This document shows, one piece after another, positions 48,590 to 58,720 of a DNA stretch of 64,000 nt. The notes below the pieces were generated by a model. The model saw only the letters and a program-made list of their open reading frames with translations, was not told the origin of the DNA and did no database searches. The position numbers were made by a program, and so were the translations under genes. Position 1 is the first letter of the stretch. The number at the start of each line of letters is the position of its first letter. The stretch is from Candidatus Calditenuaceae archaeon HR02 (GTDB lineage Archaea; Thermoproteota; Nitrososphaeria_A; Caldarchaeales; Calditenuaceae): positions 18,988-82,987 of the forward strand of contig BEHE01000009.1 of the NCBI GenBank assembly GCA_002898395.1. The letters are read 5' to 3'.

Positions 48590-51202
48590 ATGCTTGAGAC
48601 GCTTTGGATTTGGCGTGACGAGCGTGTCGTAAAAAGGCTCTCGTGGTATCTTGCGGTCTCAACCAACAAGATGCCTGCAAAGTATCTGATATGTCGGAGG
48701 ATACCGGTTGATGTGGATTTTAGCGCCAGCGAAGAGGAGCTCTGGGACGCGAACAGGAGGGCTGCTAAGATTTTCGATCAGATTCACAGGGGCATAAGGA
48801 GGGGCGAGATAGCCCTCGGAGATCTTGAGAAGCCGAAGAAGAGTCTCATGGATTTGAAGGTTGAACTTGTGAACAAGATGCTCAGGCACTGCAACTTCTG
48901 CAGGTGGAACTGTAAGGTAGACAGGCTCCAGGGCCAAAAGAGGGGTACATGCATGCTCGATTGGACATCTCGTGTGAGCAGCTACTTCCACCACCTCGGA
49001 GAGGAGCTCCCTATACGCGGGGTGAGAGGCTCAGGCACAATATTCTTCACGTCATGCAACATGAGGTGTGGTTTTTGCGTTCATCCAGACACCTACGTAA
49101 TGACCGACACGGGGCCTAGGAGGATAGAGGAGTTATTCTTAGAGGCTGAAGGGGCAGTATTGCACGGCGACGGCTACGTAAGGTTTCCAAGGGAGGTATA
49201 CACCTACACGTACGACGGTAAAAGGGTTAAGGTATCTAAGGTCTTCAAGCATTTTTACGCCGGTGATCTTATCGTCATCAAGCCTTTCTACGCACCTCCT
49301 ATAAATGTAACGCCAGCTCATGAGCTAGTAGTTTATAGCGAGGAGGAAGGAGGAATAAGGAAAAAGAAGGCTAGCGAACTTAGCATAGGAGATAAGTTGT
49401 TGATACCTAGACTGAAGAGGGAAAGCGGCGAAGAAGTCTGTATAGACGTAGGGCGAATTTTGGAGAGCGCTATAGCTGAGCTTAAGTTCTTCGTGAACAT
49501 TCAGCCGGAGATGCACGAGCTAGTCGTCAAACTTCACGAATCAGGCCTGACATCTAGCGAGATAGGGGGGAGGACGGGTTACCACCCTGCATACGTTAGA
49601 GGCCTTATAAGTAGGTTAAGAAGGGGCGAGGTAGGAGGCAAGGAGAAAAAGAACTCATTAGTCTTTGAGGACGGTAGAGTGAGATTAAAGACAGAAAAGC
49701 GACCTGGCATACCAGCTAAGTTGAAGCTCGATGAGGAGGTTGCCGAGCTATTAGGATATTATTGCGCTGAGGGCCATGTGAGTAAGTGTAGCGACAGGCC
49801 GAGTAGTTATAAATTAGTGATCAGCTTCGGCAAAAATGAAAGGGATTTAGCCGCTAGAACAAAGACTCTCTTGGAGAAGAAGTTCGACATAAGTGCACGG
49901 ATAGTTGAGCGCAAGACGACCATAAGCGTCGAAGTGGGCAAAACTTCGCTGGCCCTTCTCTTCAAATCGTTATGCGGAAGCAATTCATACGATAAGAAAG
50001 TACCTCCCCACCTATTCAAGGCGCCTGATAGCGTGATAGAGTCGTTCACAGAGGCTATTAACGTAGGGGACGGGTGTATAACAGGGGGTTACGTATCCAT
50101 TAATACGTCGTCGAGGGAGTTGGCGCATGGATTATATGGGCTATATATACTGTTAGGGCACCTCCCGAGCTATAACGTCTATAAACCATCTGCTGAGAAG
50201 ATCATAGAGTCTAGGAGAGTTAAGCAATCTATAATCTACTACGTGAAGGTTAGATTATCTAGGATGCGTGATAAATCTTGGAGAGAAGCTAAACACGTCA
50301 GGTATAGATTTACAGACGATTACATAATAGTCCCGATACACTCAATATCGAAGAAACGATACACCGGCCCAGTATATAACATGGAGGTGGACGACAAGAG
50401 TCATACATACACGGCTAGCTACATAGCTATAGGTAACTGCCAGAACGGGGACATAAGCAGGGATAAGGATAATGGGCTGGTTGTGGACCCTGAACTCCTA
50501 GCCATGATGATGTGGGAGCTGAGGGTTGAGGGCTGCCATAACATAAACTTGGTGGGCGGCGAGCCGACAATCCACCTACATACAATAGTCGAGGCCATAT
50601 CCCTCTTAGGAAGCATCCAGCCTACGCGGGATAAGCTAACCTATCTCTGGATGATGAAGCCCGACGCGCTCAGGTGGCGGAGGCTCGAGCCATCCCAGTA
50701 CCTCTACGGCGGAGAGCTAAACACACCCATTCTCTGGAACTCGAACATGTACATGAGTGGCGAGACCCTCGCGATTTTGAGGGAGCTCGTAGACATCTGG
50801 CTTCCAGACTTTAAGTTTGGGAGTAACACCTGCTCCATAAAGCTGGCGAGGACTCCATGGTACTGGGAGACCGTCTCAGCTAATCATAAGACAATCTACG
50901 ACTGGGGTGAGGATATAGTGATTAGGCACTTGGTCATGCCCAACCACGTTGAGTGCTGCACCAAGAGGGTTCTCTCTTGGATAGCGGAGAACATGCCTGG
51001 CACCCCAGTCAACGTAATGGACCAATACCATCCCGACTGCTTCGCAGACCCTCTAAGCCCCGAATTCGACCCACGGTACAGCGAGATCGCGCGGAGACCT
51101 ACGAAGGAGGAGATACTTGAGGCCTATAGGTATGCGAGGGACCTGGGACTCCCCTTCGAATCCATAAGCCTGGAGAAAAGCGTGTTTGGCTTGCGTCCTT
51201 AG
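48590..51202 (+). CDS. PflX-like radical SAM protein containing an intein
   Basis: C.FC.W.C.VDR, H.GEE, SGTIFFTSCNMRCGF|intein|CQN.DIS, HNINLVGGEPT, LPDFK.G and RHLVMPNH.ECC. Confidence 0.92.
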   Translation: MLETLWIWRDERVVKRLSWYLAVSTNKMPAKYLICRRIPVDVDFSASEEELWDANRRAAKIFDQIHRGIRRGEIALGDLEKPKKSLMDLKVELVNKMLRHCNFCRWNCKVDRLQGQKRGTCMLDWTSRVSSYFHHLGEELPIRGVRGSGTIFFTSCNMRCGFCVHPDTYVMTDTGPRRIEELFLEAEGAVLHGDGYVRFPREVYTYTYDGKRVKVSKVFKHFYAGDLIVIKPFYAPPINVTPAHELVVYSEEEGGIRKKKASELSIGDKLLIPRLKRESGEEVCIDVGRILESAIAELKFFVNIQPEMHELVVKLHESGLTSSEIGGRTGYHPAYVRGLISRLRRGEVGGKEKKNSLVFEDGRVRLKTEKRPGIPAKLKLDEEVAELLGYYCAEGHVSKCSDRPSSYKLVISFGKNERDLAARTKTLLEKKFDISARIVERKTTISVEVGKTSLALLFKSLCGSNSYDKKVPPHLFKAPDSVIESFTEAINVGDGCITGGYVSINTSSRELAHGLYGLYILLGHLPSYNVYKPSAEKIIESRRVKQSIIYYVKVRLSRMRDKSWREAKHVRYRFTDDYIIVPIHSISKKRYTGPVYNMEVDDKSHTYTASYIAIGNCQNGDISRDKDNGLVVDPELLAMMMWELRVEGCHNINLVGGEPTIHLHTIVEAISLLGSIQPTRDKLTYLWMMKPDALRWRRLEPSQYLYGGELNTPILWNSNMYMSGETLAILRELVDIWLPDFKFGSNTCSIKLARTPWYWETVSANHKTIYDWGEDIVIRHLVMPNHVECCTKRVLSWIAENMPGTPVNVMDQYHPDCFADPLSPEFDPRYSEIARRPTKEEILEAYRYARDLGLPFESISLEKSVFGLRP
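49076..50437 (+). mobile_element. Intein (454 aa) with LAGLIDADG homing endonuclease and HTH
   Basis: Starts CVHPDT, block B VTPAH, LLGYYCAEG and VGDG blocks, ends VYNMEV....HTY.....IGN followed by extein Cys. Confidence 0.92.
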
Positions 51203-51669
51203 CTTAGCTTCAGCTTCTTGTCCGACAGTAGTCTGGCTATTCTTGCGAGGACTTTGGAGGAGCTATTCAGCTTTGCCGAGGACATTTTAGGCGCCTTAAC
51301 CACCCTGACCTGCCATCCTTCCCTCTTCGCCTCCTCCATGAACTCGCTGCGGATCTTGTCTTGGTCGTAGCCGAAGACCACAGCGTCTGGGCGGAACCTC
51401 TTAATAACTCTCCTGAAGCTGAATGGCTTATAGCCTAGATGGGCTTCGTCAACGAATTTCAGACTCCTGACTAGGATCAGCCTCTCCTTCTCGCTGAAGA
51501 TCGGCGGCCTCTTCTTCCTCCTCTTCACGGTCTCATCCCTCGCGATTATTACTATTAGGCGTCCATTCTTCCCCTTCAGCCTGCCCGCGTATCGGAGTAG
51601 GTATATGTGGCCTGGGTGCAGTATGTCGAAGACGCCTGTAGTGAGTATTATCCTAGACCTTCTCACCAA
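51199..51669 (-). CDS. ribL: FAD synthase (cytidyltransferase family)
   Basis: GVFDILHPGH, IIARD, PD.V.FGYDQ and SSS motifs. Confidence 0.88.
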   Translation of the reverse strand: MVRRSRIILTTGVFDILHPGHIYLLRYAGRLKGKNGRLIVIIARDETVKRRKKRPPIFSEKERLILVRSLKFVDEAHLGYKPFSFRRVIKRFRPDAVVFGYDQDKIRSEFMEEAKREGWQVRVVKAPKMSSAKLNSSSKVLARIARLLSDKKLKLS

Positions 51670-52694
51670 GTGAACTCGACCTTCCCCAGCGCTCTTAGAC
51701 AGTCTAGCAGTCCCTCAGCATAGGATACGGCTATGAGAGAGTCGTCGGCCATATCCGAGTTGAGGAAGAATTTCGCGTCCTCAACGTATGATCTGGCGAG
51801 TTCTAGGACCCTTCGCGTTTCGGCGTCGCCGCTGAGTATTTGGAGTCGAGTGAGGGTGCTACTGGCCTTGGCCACGTATCTCTCGGCCCGAGCCCTACGG
51901 TGGCTTGCTGGCTTATGGGGTTTAAGAAGACCTTCATCGACACGCATCAATTTGTTGATGGCATCCCTCTCATAGGAGCGCAGCTCGGCCGGAATAATAA
52001 CTATGTGTGGTGGAGGTGGGAGGTGGAGGTTTGAGACGTCGGAGGCCCTACACGCAACCCGGACCTCGTCTCTATAGCCCAGCCTAGCCAACACAATGAC
52101 CGTGCTATCAGGCCCGAGCCTACCCCCTACCTCGGCCCCCGCGTCGAGCAGCATTCTCACAGCCTCTGATGCGCTGAGCCCACCCCCGGCCACGTCCAAG
52201 AGGACTAATGTGTGGAGCCCGGCCTCAATGTTCTCCTCTACGCACCTATAGATGGTTTTGAGGCTCTCGCCGCTGGCGTCTCGGGGAACTGTGACTATGC
52301 GGCCAAACTTGTAGGAGGAGAGGCAGGAGGAGCCGATGGCTGCTGAGACGGAGGACACGCCGTAAACTATTTCGCAGCCCACACCCCTGCCTGCCGCCTC
52401 CATTAAGACCGCGATGTGGGTTGTGGCGATAAGCGGGTCCCCCGGGACGGCAACCGCGACACTCATGGTCGCTGCCTTATCCACCAGCTCAGCAACCCTC
52501 TCTTCGAGGTCTGACCTCTCGGCCAATCTCAGCCTTTCCCCCAGCCTCGACCTCAGAAACTCCACTAGCTCACTGGGCAGGGGGCTGGTGTAGGTGTCCA
52601 GATAGACTATGTCCGACTCCTCAAGAGCCTTGATGGCCTTTAGCGTCATGTACTCAGGGGGGCCAAGCCCTAGCCCTACTAGCCTCAGCACCAC
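51663..52694 (-). CDS. dph5: Diphthine synthase fused to a C-terminal DUF357 domain
   Basis: LVGLGL, YLDTYTS, GDPLIATTH, YKFGR and GLHTLVLLD, then A.SY..DA..F...L...SYAEGLLD. Confidence 0.92.
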   Translation of the reverse strand: MVLRLVGLGLGPPEYMTLKAIKALEESDIVYLDTYTSPLPSELVEFLRSRLGERLRLAERSDLEERVAELVDKAATMSVAVAVPGDPLIATTHIAVLMEAAGRGVGCEIVYGVSSVSAAIGSSCLSSYKFGRIVTVPRDASGESLKTIYRCVEENIEAGLHTLVLLDVAGGGLSASEAVRMLLDAGAEVGGRLGPDSTVIVLARLGYRDEVRVACRASDVSNLHLPPPPHIVIIPAELRSYERDAINKLMRVDEGLLKPHKPASHRRARAERYVAKASSTLTRLQILSGDAETRRVLELARSYVEDAKFFLNSDMADDSLIAVSYAEGLLDCLRALGKVEFTW

Positions 52695-52762
52695 GAATGC
52701 ATCTTATTGGCGAGGTGATAAACACATCTTCTGAAGGATGGATGAAGGACTTATAGGGGTGT

Positions 52763-53833
52763 GTGGAAAGTCTTCCCCCAGGAGGTCGGGTAGTAGGTGG
52801 GTTGAAGGCAGTAGTGCTTGCTGCGGGTGAGGGTAAAAGGCTCGATCCACTAACTAGGAATAGGCCTAAGCCCCTCCTACCGGTCGCAGGTATTCCCTTA
52901 ATCCTCAGAACGGTCAGGGCTCTTCAAAGCGCCGGCGTGGGTGAGGCCTGCATAGTTACCAGTCCGGCAGGTGACCGGATAATGGATGCTCTAAAAGGTG
53001 TGGAGGGGCCACGTTTGAGGCGCGGAGTACAGGAGAAGCCGTTGGGGACGGCACACGCGCTCCTCGCTGCCAAGGATTTCGTTGAGGGGGAGGAGAGTTT
53101 CCTCCTAGTTTATGGGGACCTTTTCTTCGAGGCTGGGATGCTCCGGGGGCTAGTGGAGCATGTTGCGAGAGGGTTTGATGGAGGAGTCTTGGCTATCCAG
53201 CGGGAGGATGCGAAGAGGTTCGGCGTGCTGCATGAGGAGGATGGGTTGTTGAAGGGCATAGCTGAAAAGCCCGAAAACATATTCGGTCCAGCCCTGATAA
53301 ACTCTGGAATCTACGTACTGCCAGGTGAGATATTCGAGGCGGCTGAAGAGGTTAAACCATCACCTAGAGGTGAATACGAGCTCACAGACGCAATAACTCA
53401 ACTCGTGAAGAGGGGGAGGCGGATTGCTGTCTATAGGCATCCTAGTGGATATTGGCTTGACGTGGGGACGCCCGCAAGCTACTTAGAGGCAAACCTGCTG
53501 GCGCTGCAGGAGTTGAGCCCGCAGGCCACCTCAAAGACCCTGCGAGACTCGTACATCGGTGGGGGAGTCAGGTTGGGTGGCCGCGTCGAGGTGAAGTCCT
53601 CCGTCCTGATGGAGGGCGTCGAGGTCGGCGAGAATGTGGCTCTAGATTCCGTGGTGTTGCTTGAGAGAGCGGTCGTCGAGGATGATTCTCGGCTCTCCTA
53701 CGCTATCGTTGGTGAAGGGGGTAGGGCTGGCGTGGGATGCCGGCTCGAGGGTCTCCGCGAAAAGCCGGTAATCGTCTCTCCAGGCGCCACCATTCCACCC
53801 TACCTCACTGCGGAGCCCGGAGACGTGCTTTAG
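52763..53833 (+). CDS. Sugar-phosphate nucleotidyltransferase with LbH tail
   Basis: KAVVLAAGEGKRL.PLT..RPKPLL, LGTAHA, SPRGEYELTD and W.DVG. Start uncertain. Confidence 0.9.
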   Translation: MESLPPGGRVVGGLKAVVLAAGEGKRLDPLTRNRPKPLLPVAGIPLILRTVRALQSAGVGEACIVTSPAGDRIMDALKGVEGPRLRRGVQEKPLGTAHALLAAKDFVEGEESFLLVYGDLFFEAGMLRGLVEHVARGFDGGVLAIQREDAKRFGVLHEEDGLLKGIAEKPENIFGPALINSGIYVLPGEIFEAAEEVKPSPRGEYELTDAITQLVKRGRRIAVYRHPSGYWLDVGTPASYLEANLLALQELSPQATSKTLRDSYIGGGVRLGGRVEVKSSVLMEGVEVGENVALDSVVLLERAVVEDDSRLSYAIVGEGGRAGVGCRLEGLREKPVIVSPGATIPPYLTAEPGDVL

Positions 53834-54440
53834 CCTCACTCCTTAGCAAGGAGCGCGCAAGCAACCTGGCAATCCTTATTGGCTCTGGGACCCTTCCACT
53901 AATAGTCATCCTATTCAAGACCGCCTCGGCAGACCTCCGAGAGAGCCCGACCCTCCTCACATGGACTGTGTAGCCCGTCTTGAGGACGTATTCCTCTCTC
54001 TCCCCATTGGACTCATAGACTCTGAGCCTCTCCTCCCAATCGCCTGGAAACCTGGACTTTATAACCTCGGAAAGCCCCTCAGAGGGGTTGTATGTTACGC
54101 AGAGGAGTGGAACACTTGTCTCAGACGCAACCTTGCCTAGGTCGACTATGTTAAAGAGGCTTATGATGCAGCCTCCGAGCATGAGGAGGTTGATGTCACT
54201 CCTATCGAGCTCCCTATACATCTCGATTATGCTGTCCGTCGCATCCATCCCTCCCACAGTGCACCTGCCCACAGCGAACCCGTCGAGGAGAAAGTCCGCC
54301 CGCATCACCACGCCTGCGAGGAAAGACTTATCGCCTAAAACCGGCCTGAAGCTTTCTGCGACCCCGAAGACCCTGAATCCAGGCTTAAAGGCGGAGAACC
54401 CCTTAATTCTCAAGCCAGCGACAGAGCCACCTCCATCCAA
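53805..54440 (-). CDS. DUF99 family protein (endonuclease V-like fold)
   Basis: GVAESF, GVVMRAD...DG, TVGG.DAT, FNIVD and PEP.R.A. Confidence 0.85.
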   Translation of the reverse strand: MDGGGSVAGLRIKGFSAFKPGFRVFGVAESFRPVLGDKSFLAGVVMRADFLLDGFAVGRCTVGGMDATDSIIEMYRELDRSDINLLMLGGCIISLFNIVDLGKVASETSVPLLCVTYNPSEGLSEVIKSRFPGDWEERLRVYESNGEREEYVLKTGYTVHVRRVGLSRRSAEAVLNRMTISGRVPEPIRIARLLARSLLRSEAKARLRAPQ

Positions 54441-55402
54441 GCCCTTGCCACATTCTCGGGATTATACCCACCACCACCCATCGCAACGATCCGGCCGCCG
54501 CATCTCTCACCCGCCAGCTTCCTAAGAGCCGTCGCAGCATACCTGTGAGACGCCGGAGAATACTCTAGCCGTGTTAAGGGGTCGTCCTCGATTCCATCGG
54601 CCCCACATTGCAGAAGAACAAAGTCGAAGTCGTGCTTCTCGAGAAAAGCTAGGCCCTCGTCGAAGGCGTTCTTAAAGTCAGTATCATCCGCACCCGGTGG
54701 TAGCGGAATGTTGAGCTTCTTTCCTTTCCCTGCGCCTCGCCCATCCTCATACCTGAATCCAGTCCCTGGATAAAGCGTCCTGCCATCCTGATGGATGTCG
54801 AAGAAGATGACCCGCGGATCTTCTTCAAACTCATAGTACACTCCATCGCCATGGTGGGCGTCTATGTCAACATAGGCCACGGCCCTAACCTTCTCCCTCT
54901 CTAAGAGATACTTGATGGCTACGGCGGCGTCGTTGAAGACACAGAAGCCCCCAGCTTTGCTGCTCATGGCGTGGTGGAGCCCACCCATAGGGTTGAAACC
55001 CCTGCAATCCTCCCTCAATACGAGCTTCACAAGGCCGAGGGTTGTGCCGACAACATATGATGCGGCTTCGAAGACGCCTGGGAAGGCGGGGGTGTCTCCA
55101 TAGTCGAGGTATCCATAGCCCTGCCACGACGCGTACTGAACAAACTTGATATAATCCTCGTCATGGAAGAGCCGGAGCTCCTCTAGGCTAGCCATCACTG
55201 GCTTGAAGACGCTATACTTTAACCCCGACTCGTCCAGGGCCTTGTAGAAGGACTCGAGCCTCACCCGGTTCATCGGATGCGCCCCGCTGAAGCTGTATCT
55301 CAGCAGCTCCTCGCCACGTGCAATATACAGCATACCAAGACAAGCATCGCGCATAGGGGATAAAAACATGTCTCTCTCGCGCTGCGTCAGCAATATAACC
55401 AT
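54410..55402 (-). CDS. Histone deacetylase family protein (AcuC-like)
   Basis: HPM...R, GGLHHA, GFCVFND, DIDAHHGDG, PGTG, GADG..DPL and GGGGY. Real start probably near 55333-55369. Confidence 0.93.
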   Translation of the reverse strand: MVILLTQRERDMFLSPMRDACLGMLYIARGEELLRYSFSGAHPMNRVRLESFYKALDESGLKYSVFKPVMASLEELRLFHDEDYIKFVQYASWQGYGYLDYGDTPAFPGVFEAASYVVGTTLGLVKLVLREDCRGFNPMGGLHHAMSSKAGGFCVFNDAAVAIKYLLEREKVRAVAYVDIDAHHGDGVYYEFEEDPRVIFFDIHQDGRTLYPGTGFRYEDGRGAGKGKKLNIPLPPGADDTDFKNAFDEGLAFLEKHDFDFVLLQCGADGIEDDPLTRLEYSPASHRYAATALRKLAGERCGGRIVAMGGGGYNPENVARAWMEVALSLA

Positions 55403-55432
55403 CCGTGATGCATGAATCTTGTGGTGATTATA

Positions 55433-56278
55433 ATGGAGTATAAACGCCTCGGTAAGACGGATGAGAAGATAGCCGCTATAGGCCTCGGGACCTGGAAGCT
55501 AGGTGGTTCTATGTCGGCGGACTACTCCCACGACCTCGAGGCCATCGAGGTCATCAGGCACGCAGTGGAGCTAGGCATGAACCATATAGATACCGCCGAG
55601 ATGTATGGGGCGGGACACTCTGAAGAACTTGTAGGGAGGGCGATCAAGGTCTTTCCACGCGACGAGGTCTTCATAGCCACGAAGGTCTGGTACACAAATT
55701 TACGCTACGACGACGTGCTACGGGCGTGTGAGAGAAGCCTGAAGAGACTCGGTGTGAAATATGTGGACCTCTACATGGTCCACTGGCCGAACGAGAGGAT
55801 ACCTCTCTCAGAGACGATGAAGGCGATGGAGAAGCTCTACAAGGACGGGAAGATCAGATACATTGGTGTAAGTAACTTCTCCACGCACCTCGTCGAGGAG
55901 GCGCAGAGCAGTCTCTCAACCACAGACATCGTTGTGAACCAGGTAGAGTATGGTCTTCACGACAGGTCGATAGAGAACGAACTCCTCCCCTACTGTGAGA
56001 GGAATGGAATAACAGTGACGGCCTACAGCCCCTTGGGGCAGGGCAGAATCGTTATGGAACTCAAGACCAAGACTAGGAGGACCGAAATATTACATGAACT
56101 GGCTGAGCGATATGGGAAGACTCCTATCCAAATCTCCCTCAACTGGGTCATCTGGAGAGAGAATGTCATAACCATACCGAAAGCCTCTAGGAGGGAGCAT
56201 TTAGAGGAGAATGCGGGGGCCTGCGGCTGGCGCCTCTCCCCCAAAGACTACGAACTCTTATCGAATGTGTGGAGGTAG
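55433..56278 (+). CDS. Aldo/keto reductase
   Basis: GLGTW, IDTAEMYG, YVDLY.VHWP, IGVSNF, AYSPL and IPKAS. Confidence 0.95.
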   Translation: MEYKRLGKTDEKIAAIGLGTWKLGGSMSADYSHDLEAIEVIRHAVELGMNHIDTAEMYGAGHSEELVGRAIKVFPRDEVFIATKVWYTNLRYDDVLRACERSLKRLGVKYVDLYMVHWPNERIPLSETMKAMEKLYKDGKIRYIGVSNFSTHLVEEAQSSLSTTDIVVNQVEYGLHDRSIENELLPYCERNGITVTAYSPLGQGRIVMELKTKTRRTEILHELAERYGKTPIQISLNWVIWRENVITIPKASRREHLEENAGACGWRLSPKDYELLSNVWR

Positions 56279-56370
56279 CGTAACTCTCCTTCATAGAGAT
56301 GTCCTAGGTGAACTGGGGGAGTTTTCCGCAGAATCTTAATTAATTGGGGGGTCTATATATTATAATCTGG

Positions 56371-56874
56371 ATGAAGCTTGATAAGAGGGATGTCAAGATT
56401 TTAAGCATCCTCCAAGAGGATGGTAGGGCGTCTTACTCCAGCATCGCAAAGCAGCTGAATATAAGTGAGGCTGCAGTATATGCTCGCGTCAACAAGCTTG
56501 TAAAGGAGGGAATAATCAAGGGGTTTACCGCAATACTCGACGAGACTAAGCTCAACCTCGGCATAGGAGCCTTCATAGGCCTAAGGGCGACACCCTCAAA
56601 GTACGCCGAGGTCCTGAGCCAGCTCGCCAGCTTCCCAGAGGTAACCGAGATACACGATGTCACCGGGGACTACTACGCCATACTTAAGGTCAAGACACGG
56701 AACAAGGAAGAACTCGCAATCCTGCTAGACAAGATCGGCAGGCTCGACGGCGTGGTATCCACCGACACAAAGCTGATACTTAGGACCATTAAGGAGACCA
56801 CCAAGCTACCACTCTCGAGGCTCGAAGAGGCCGCTCTGCCTCCGAGACAAGCCCGCGTCAGGGCGAGACAATAA
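56371..56874 (+). CDS. Lrp/AsnC family regulator
   Basis: LD..D.KIL..LQ.DGR.S...IA..L..SE..V..RV..L...G.I and VTGDY. Confidence 0.93.
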   Translation: MKLDKRDVKILSILQEDGRASYSSIAKQLNISEAAVYARVNKLVKEGIIKGFTAILDETKLNLGIGAFIGLRATPSKYAEVLSQLASFPEVTEIHDVTGDYYAILKVKTRNKEELAILLDKIGRLDGVVSTDTKLILRTIKETTKLPLSRLEEAALPPRQARVRARQ

Positions 56875-56935
56875 CTGTTGGAGGCGGCTCACAAATATAT
56901 ACTGACACCGAGTAGAATCTCTAGGATAGGAAGGG

Positions 56936-57331
56936 ATGGTCAGGGAATACACCTACCGCGGCTACACGCTACAACAGCTACTCGAGATGCCGACAGACCA
57001 GCTAATCAACCTCCTCCCAAGCCGCCAGAGAAGAAGTCTCAGGCGCGGACTCACAGAGGCCCAGCGTAAACTTCTAATAAAAATAAGAAAATACAAGCAA
57101 AACAACATTAACAAACCTGTTAGAACACACGCAAGAGACATGATCATCCTTCCAGAGATGGTTGGCCTCACAATCTGGGTACACAACGGCAAAGAATTCA
57201 CACCCGTAGAAATCCAACCCGAAATGATAGGCCACAGACTCGGCGAATTCGCAATCACAAACAAACGAGTACAACACGGCAGACCCGGCGTCGGAGCGAC
57301 GAAAAGTAGTATGTATGTCCCGTTGAAGTGA
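56936..57331 (+). CDS. rps19: 30S ribosomal protein S19
   Basis: [36 protein letters not shown] and PGVGAT.SS.YVPLK. Confidence 0.97.
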   Translation: MVREYTYRGYTLQQLLEMPTDQLINLLPSRQRRSLRRGLTEAQRKLLIKIRKYKQNNINKPVRTHARDMIILPEMVGLTIWVHNGKEFTPVEIQPEMIGHRLGEFAITNKRVQHGRPGVGATKSSMYVPLK

Positions 57332-57382
57332 CGAAAAAATACGAATTTTTTGTCAAAATGACAAATGTCCAATGTTTTTTCT
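57329..57382 (+). terminator. Hairpin and T-tract after rps19
   Basis: TGACGAAAAAAT/ATTTTTTGTCA inverted repeat followed by TGTTTTTTCT. Confidence 0.45.
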
Positions 57383-57558
57383 CAGGTTTTGCCTAACTTT
57401 AATCCTCTGCTTCGATAATTGAGCACTGATGTTACGTGGGTGATAGGCTTAAATTTAAAACGCTCATGTAAAAAGAGCAGAAAAGAGGGGGCCGTGAACA
57501 AAAGCTTAAATGCAATTTAATACCTATGTGGGTCCTCCTCGCTGTTGGTCGCTGAGGC

Positions 57559-57879
57559 CTAATCTTCCGCTTCGATGATTATTTCGTCGAGGGTGTACTT
57601 TACTTTTTTACCGCGCCTTACATCTTGAAAGGTTTCGAACCATGTTTCTTCAATTATATCTTCAGGCGCAAAACCTAATGTTAATTCAAACATGTTTGCT
57701 ATGTCCTGTGGTCTTATCACTAGTCTATCCCTGTAGCTAACTAACAAGATCCCGGAGTTATCCGGCAATACGGTATACTCATCTATTATCTTTAGATCTG
57801 TTAATGCTTTAGCGTATTCTTTGTGGTCTTCATCGGCATAGGGCCAAGCTATTATTATCTTTGGTTCCTTAACCCGCAT
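57559..57879 (-). CDS. Hypothetical protein (accessory region)
   Basis: 106-aa ORF overlapping the upstream gene, with A-rich codons. Confidence 0.65.
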   Translation of the reverse strand: MRVKEPKIIIAWPYADEDHKEYAKALTDLKIIDEYTVLPDNSGILLVSYRDRLVIRPQDIANMFELTLGFAPEDIIEETWFETFQDVRRGKKVKYTLDEIIIEAED

Positions 57880-58720
57880 TTATGATCACCCAAAGACGCC
57901 CTGTAGACGTGCCCCCTTCTGAGAACTCTTCGATTAGGGTATTTAATGATTTAATAGTTGCGGTTAATCGTTGTAACCTCTCCGATTCTTCCTTGGTCAA
58001 CGAATTTAGTAGGTAGTTTAGGGATTTCTTCCTTTCGTAGGTAAAGTATTTAATCAGCTCATTAAGTTTTTTAGTTCTTTCATCCATCCTTTCTTTCCGC
58101 CCTTTTAGTATCAGCGGATATATCTGGGGTAGCCGCTTTATGATGTATTCGTTGTAGGGGCCCTTCAGCGGTTTTTCGATATTACAGCTTATTATCTTTT
58201 TGACTGTGTTTATGTCTTCAAGTTGTTTTAGGCGCTTCGTATAGGCCTGCACAGTTTCGTTTAGGATTGTTGCAGTTATTCTCTTCCACGTGTTTTCGAG
58301 TGTTAGAGATTTAAGAATAGAAGCAGGTCTAGCGTCGTTGGTGCAATCTGCGTAGAAATAGTGAATGTGCGCCAAGCTGGTTCTCCGCGTTCTTAGGTCT
58401 AATTGGTAGCTTTTATAGTGCTTTAGTCCCTTATCTAGAACCAGATTTCTGAGTTTTGCTACAAAGTGGTCTATCCATAACGTTGAGGGTGTTATTTTGC
58501 CGTCTTTGATAAATCTCTTAGTCTCTATCACTGAGAGTCTTAGACGATTAGATAGATTGTTGATCTCTACATCTTTGATAGTCTCGTATTGCGTTATCGA
58601 GATCATCAGCAACAAGCGACTTCCCCATTTTTGGATGAAAAAGTTACCTTCGAATTCAATTTCCATCGTAGAAAAGATGACATGTCTAACTGGTCGAGTA
58701 TGGCTTTTTAGGCCCCTCAA
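57869..58720 (-). CDS. Hypothetical basic protein (accessory region)
   Basis: 283-aa ORF, AT-rich, helical C-terminus. Start uncertain. Confidence 0.65.
   Translation of the reverse strand: MRGLKSHTRPVRHVIFSTMEIEFEGNFFIQKWGSRLLLMISITQYETIKDVEINNLSNRLRLSVIETKRFIKDGKITPSTLWIDHFVAKLRNLVLDKGLKHYKSYQLDLRTRRTSLAHIHYFYADCTNDARPASILKSLTLENTWKRITATILNETVQAYTKRLKQLEDINTVKKIISCNIEKPLKGPYNEYIIKRLPQIYPLILKGRKERMDERTKKLNELIKYFTYERKKSLNYLLNSLTKEESERLQRLTATIKSLNTLIEEFSEGGTSTGRLWVIINAG

Noticed and set aside
57399-57420. 21-nt near-duplicate of the 3' end of ORF 57559-57879 (both read IIEAED*)
   Set aside because: Too short, with three mismatches and no upstream frame. Cannot be told apart from chance or a tiny relic.
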